Positions 63,806 to 64,000 of a stretch of 64,000 bases of DNA are shown here, piece by piece (the stretch's first letter is position 1; every line of letters starts with the position of its first letter). The notes below the pieces were generated by a model that ran no database searches, was not told the DNA's origin, and saw only the letters and a program-made list of their open reading frames with translations. A program made the translations under genes and the position numbers. This DNA comes from Octopus bimaculoides (Eukaryota): the NCBI RefSeq assembly GCF_001194135.2, contig NC_068986.1, positions 5,555,260 through 5,619,259 of the forward strand, written 5' to 3'.

Positions 63806-64000
63806 CTGCGAGAGAAAACAAAACATTAATAATTTCAATTTTATTTAGTGTGACTGGGTTAAAAAACACTAAATTACTAACGACTAGCAAACTCTGATAA
63901 TAACTTTGTAAAAACAAAATGTCAGTTGTTAAAAAATATTTTACACACACACGAAATGACCCTTTAAGAGAACCAACCAATCGGAACGACTTGTGACCAC

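Overview
AT-rich, intron-rich animal genomic DNA with five N gaps. The repeat landscape suggests a cephalopod, probably Octopus (inference). Three protein-coding genes were reconstructed exon by exon with GT-AG sites and consistent phases. (1) PGD (6-phosphogluconate dehydrogenase), minus strand: 8 exons in the window, from a 14-nt first coding exon at 29508-29521 down to 153, continuing off the left edge. (2) SEC62, plus strand: complete, 9 exons, 29711-46619, 401 aa. (3) TMX2, minus strand: 7 exons, 63805-54972, with exon 1 off the right edge. The PGD and SEC62 start codons are only 189 bp apart, head to head. Introns hold several SINE families, degenerate mariner elements, piggyBac-, hAT- and pogo-type MITEs, LINE remnants and microsatellites. 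The most notable signal is three Penelope-like inverted insertions in PGD introns. Their repeat unit is a tRNA-like A/B-box head, an (AAT)n tract and a minimal type I hammerhead ribozyme. One ribozyme copy (8633-8678) is intact and in the sense of the PGD pre-mRNA. Family assignments come from motif recognition only; no database search or folding was run, and repeat boundaries without a TSD/TIR are approximate.
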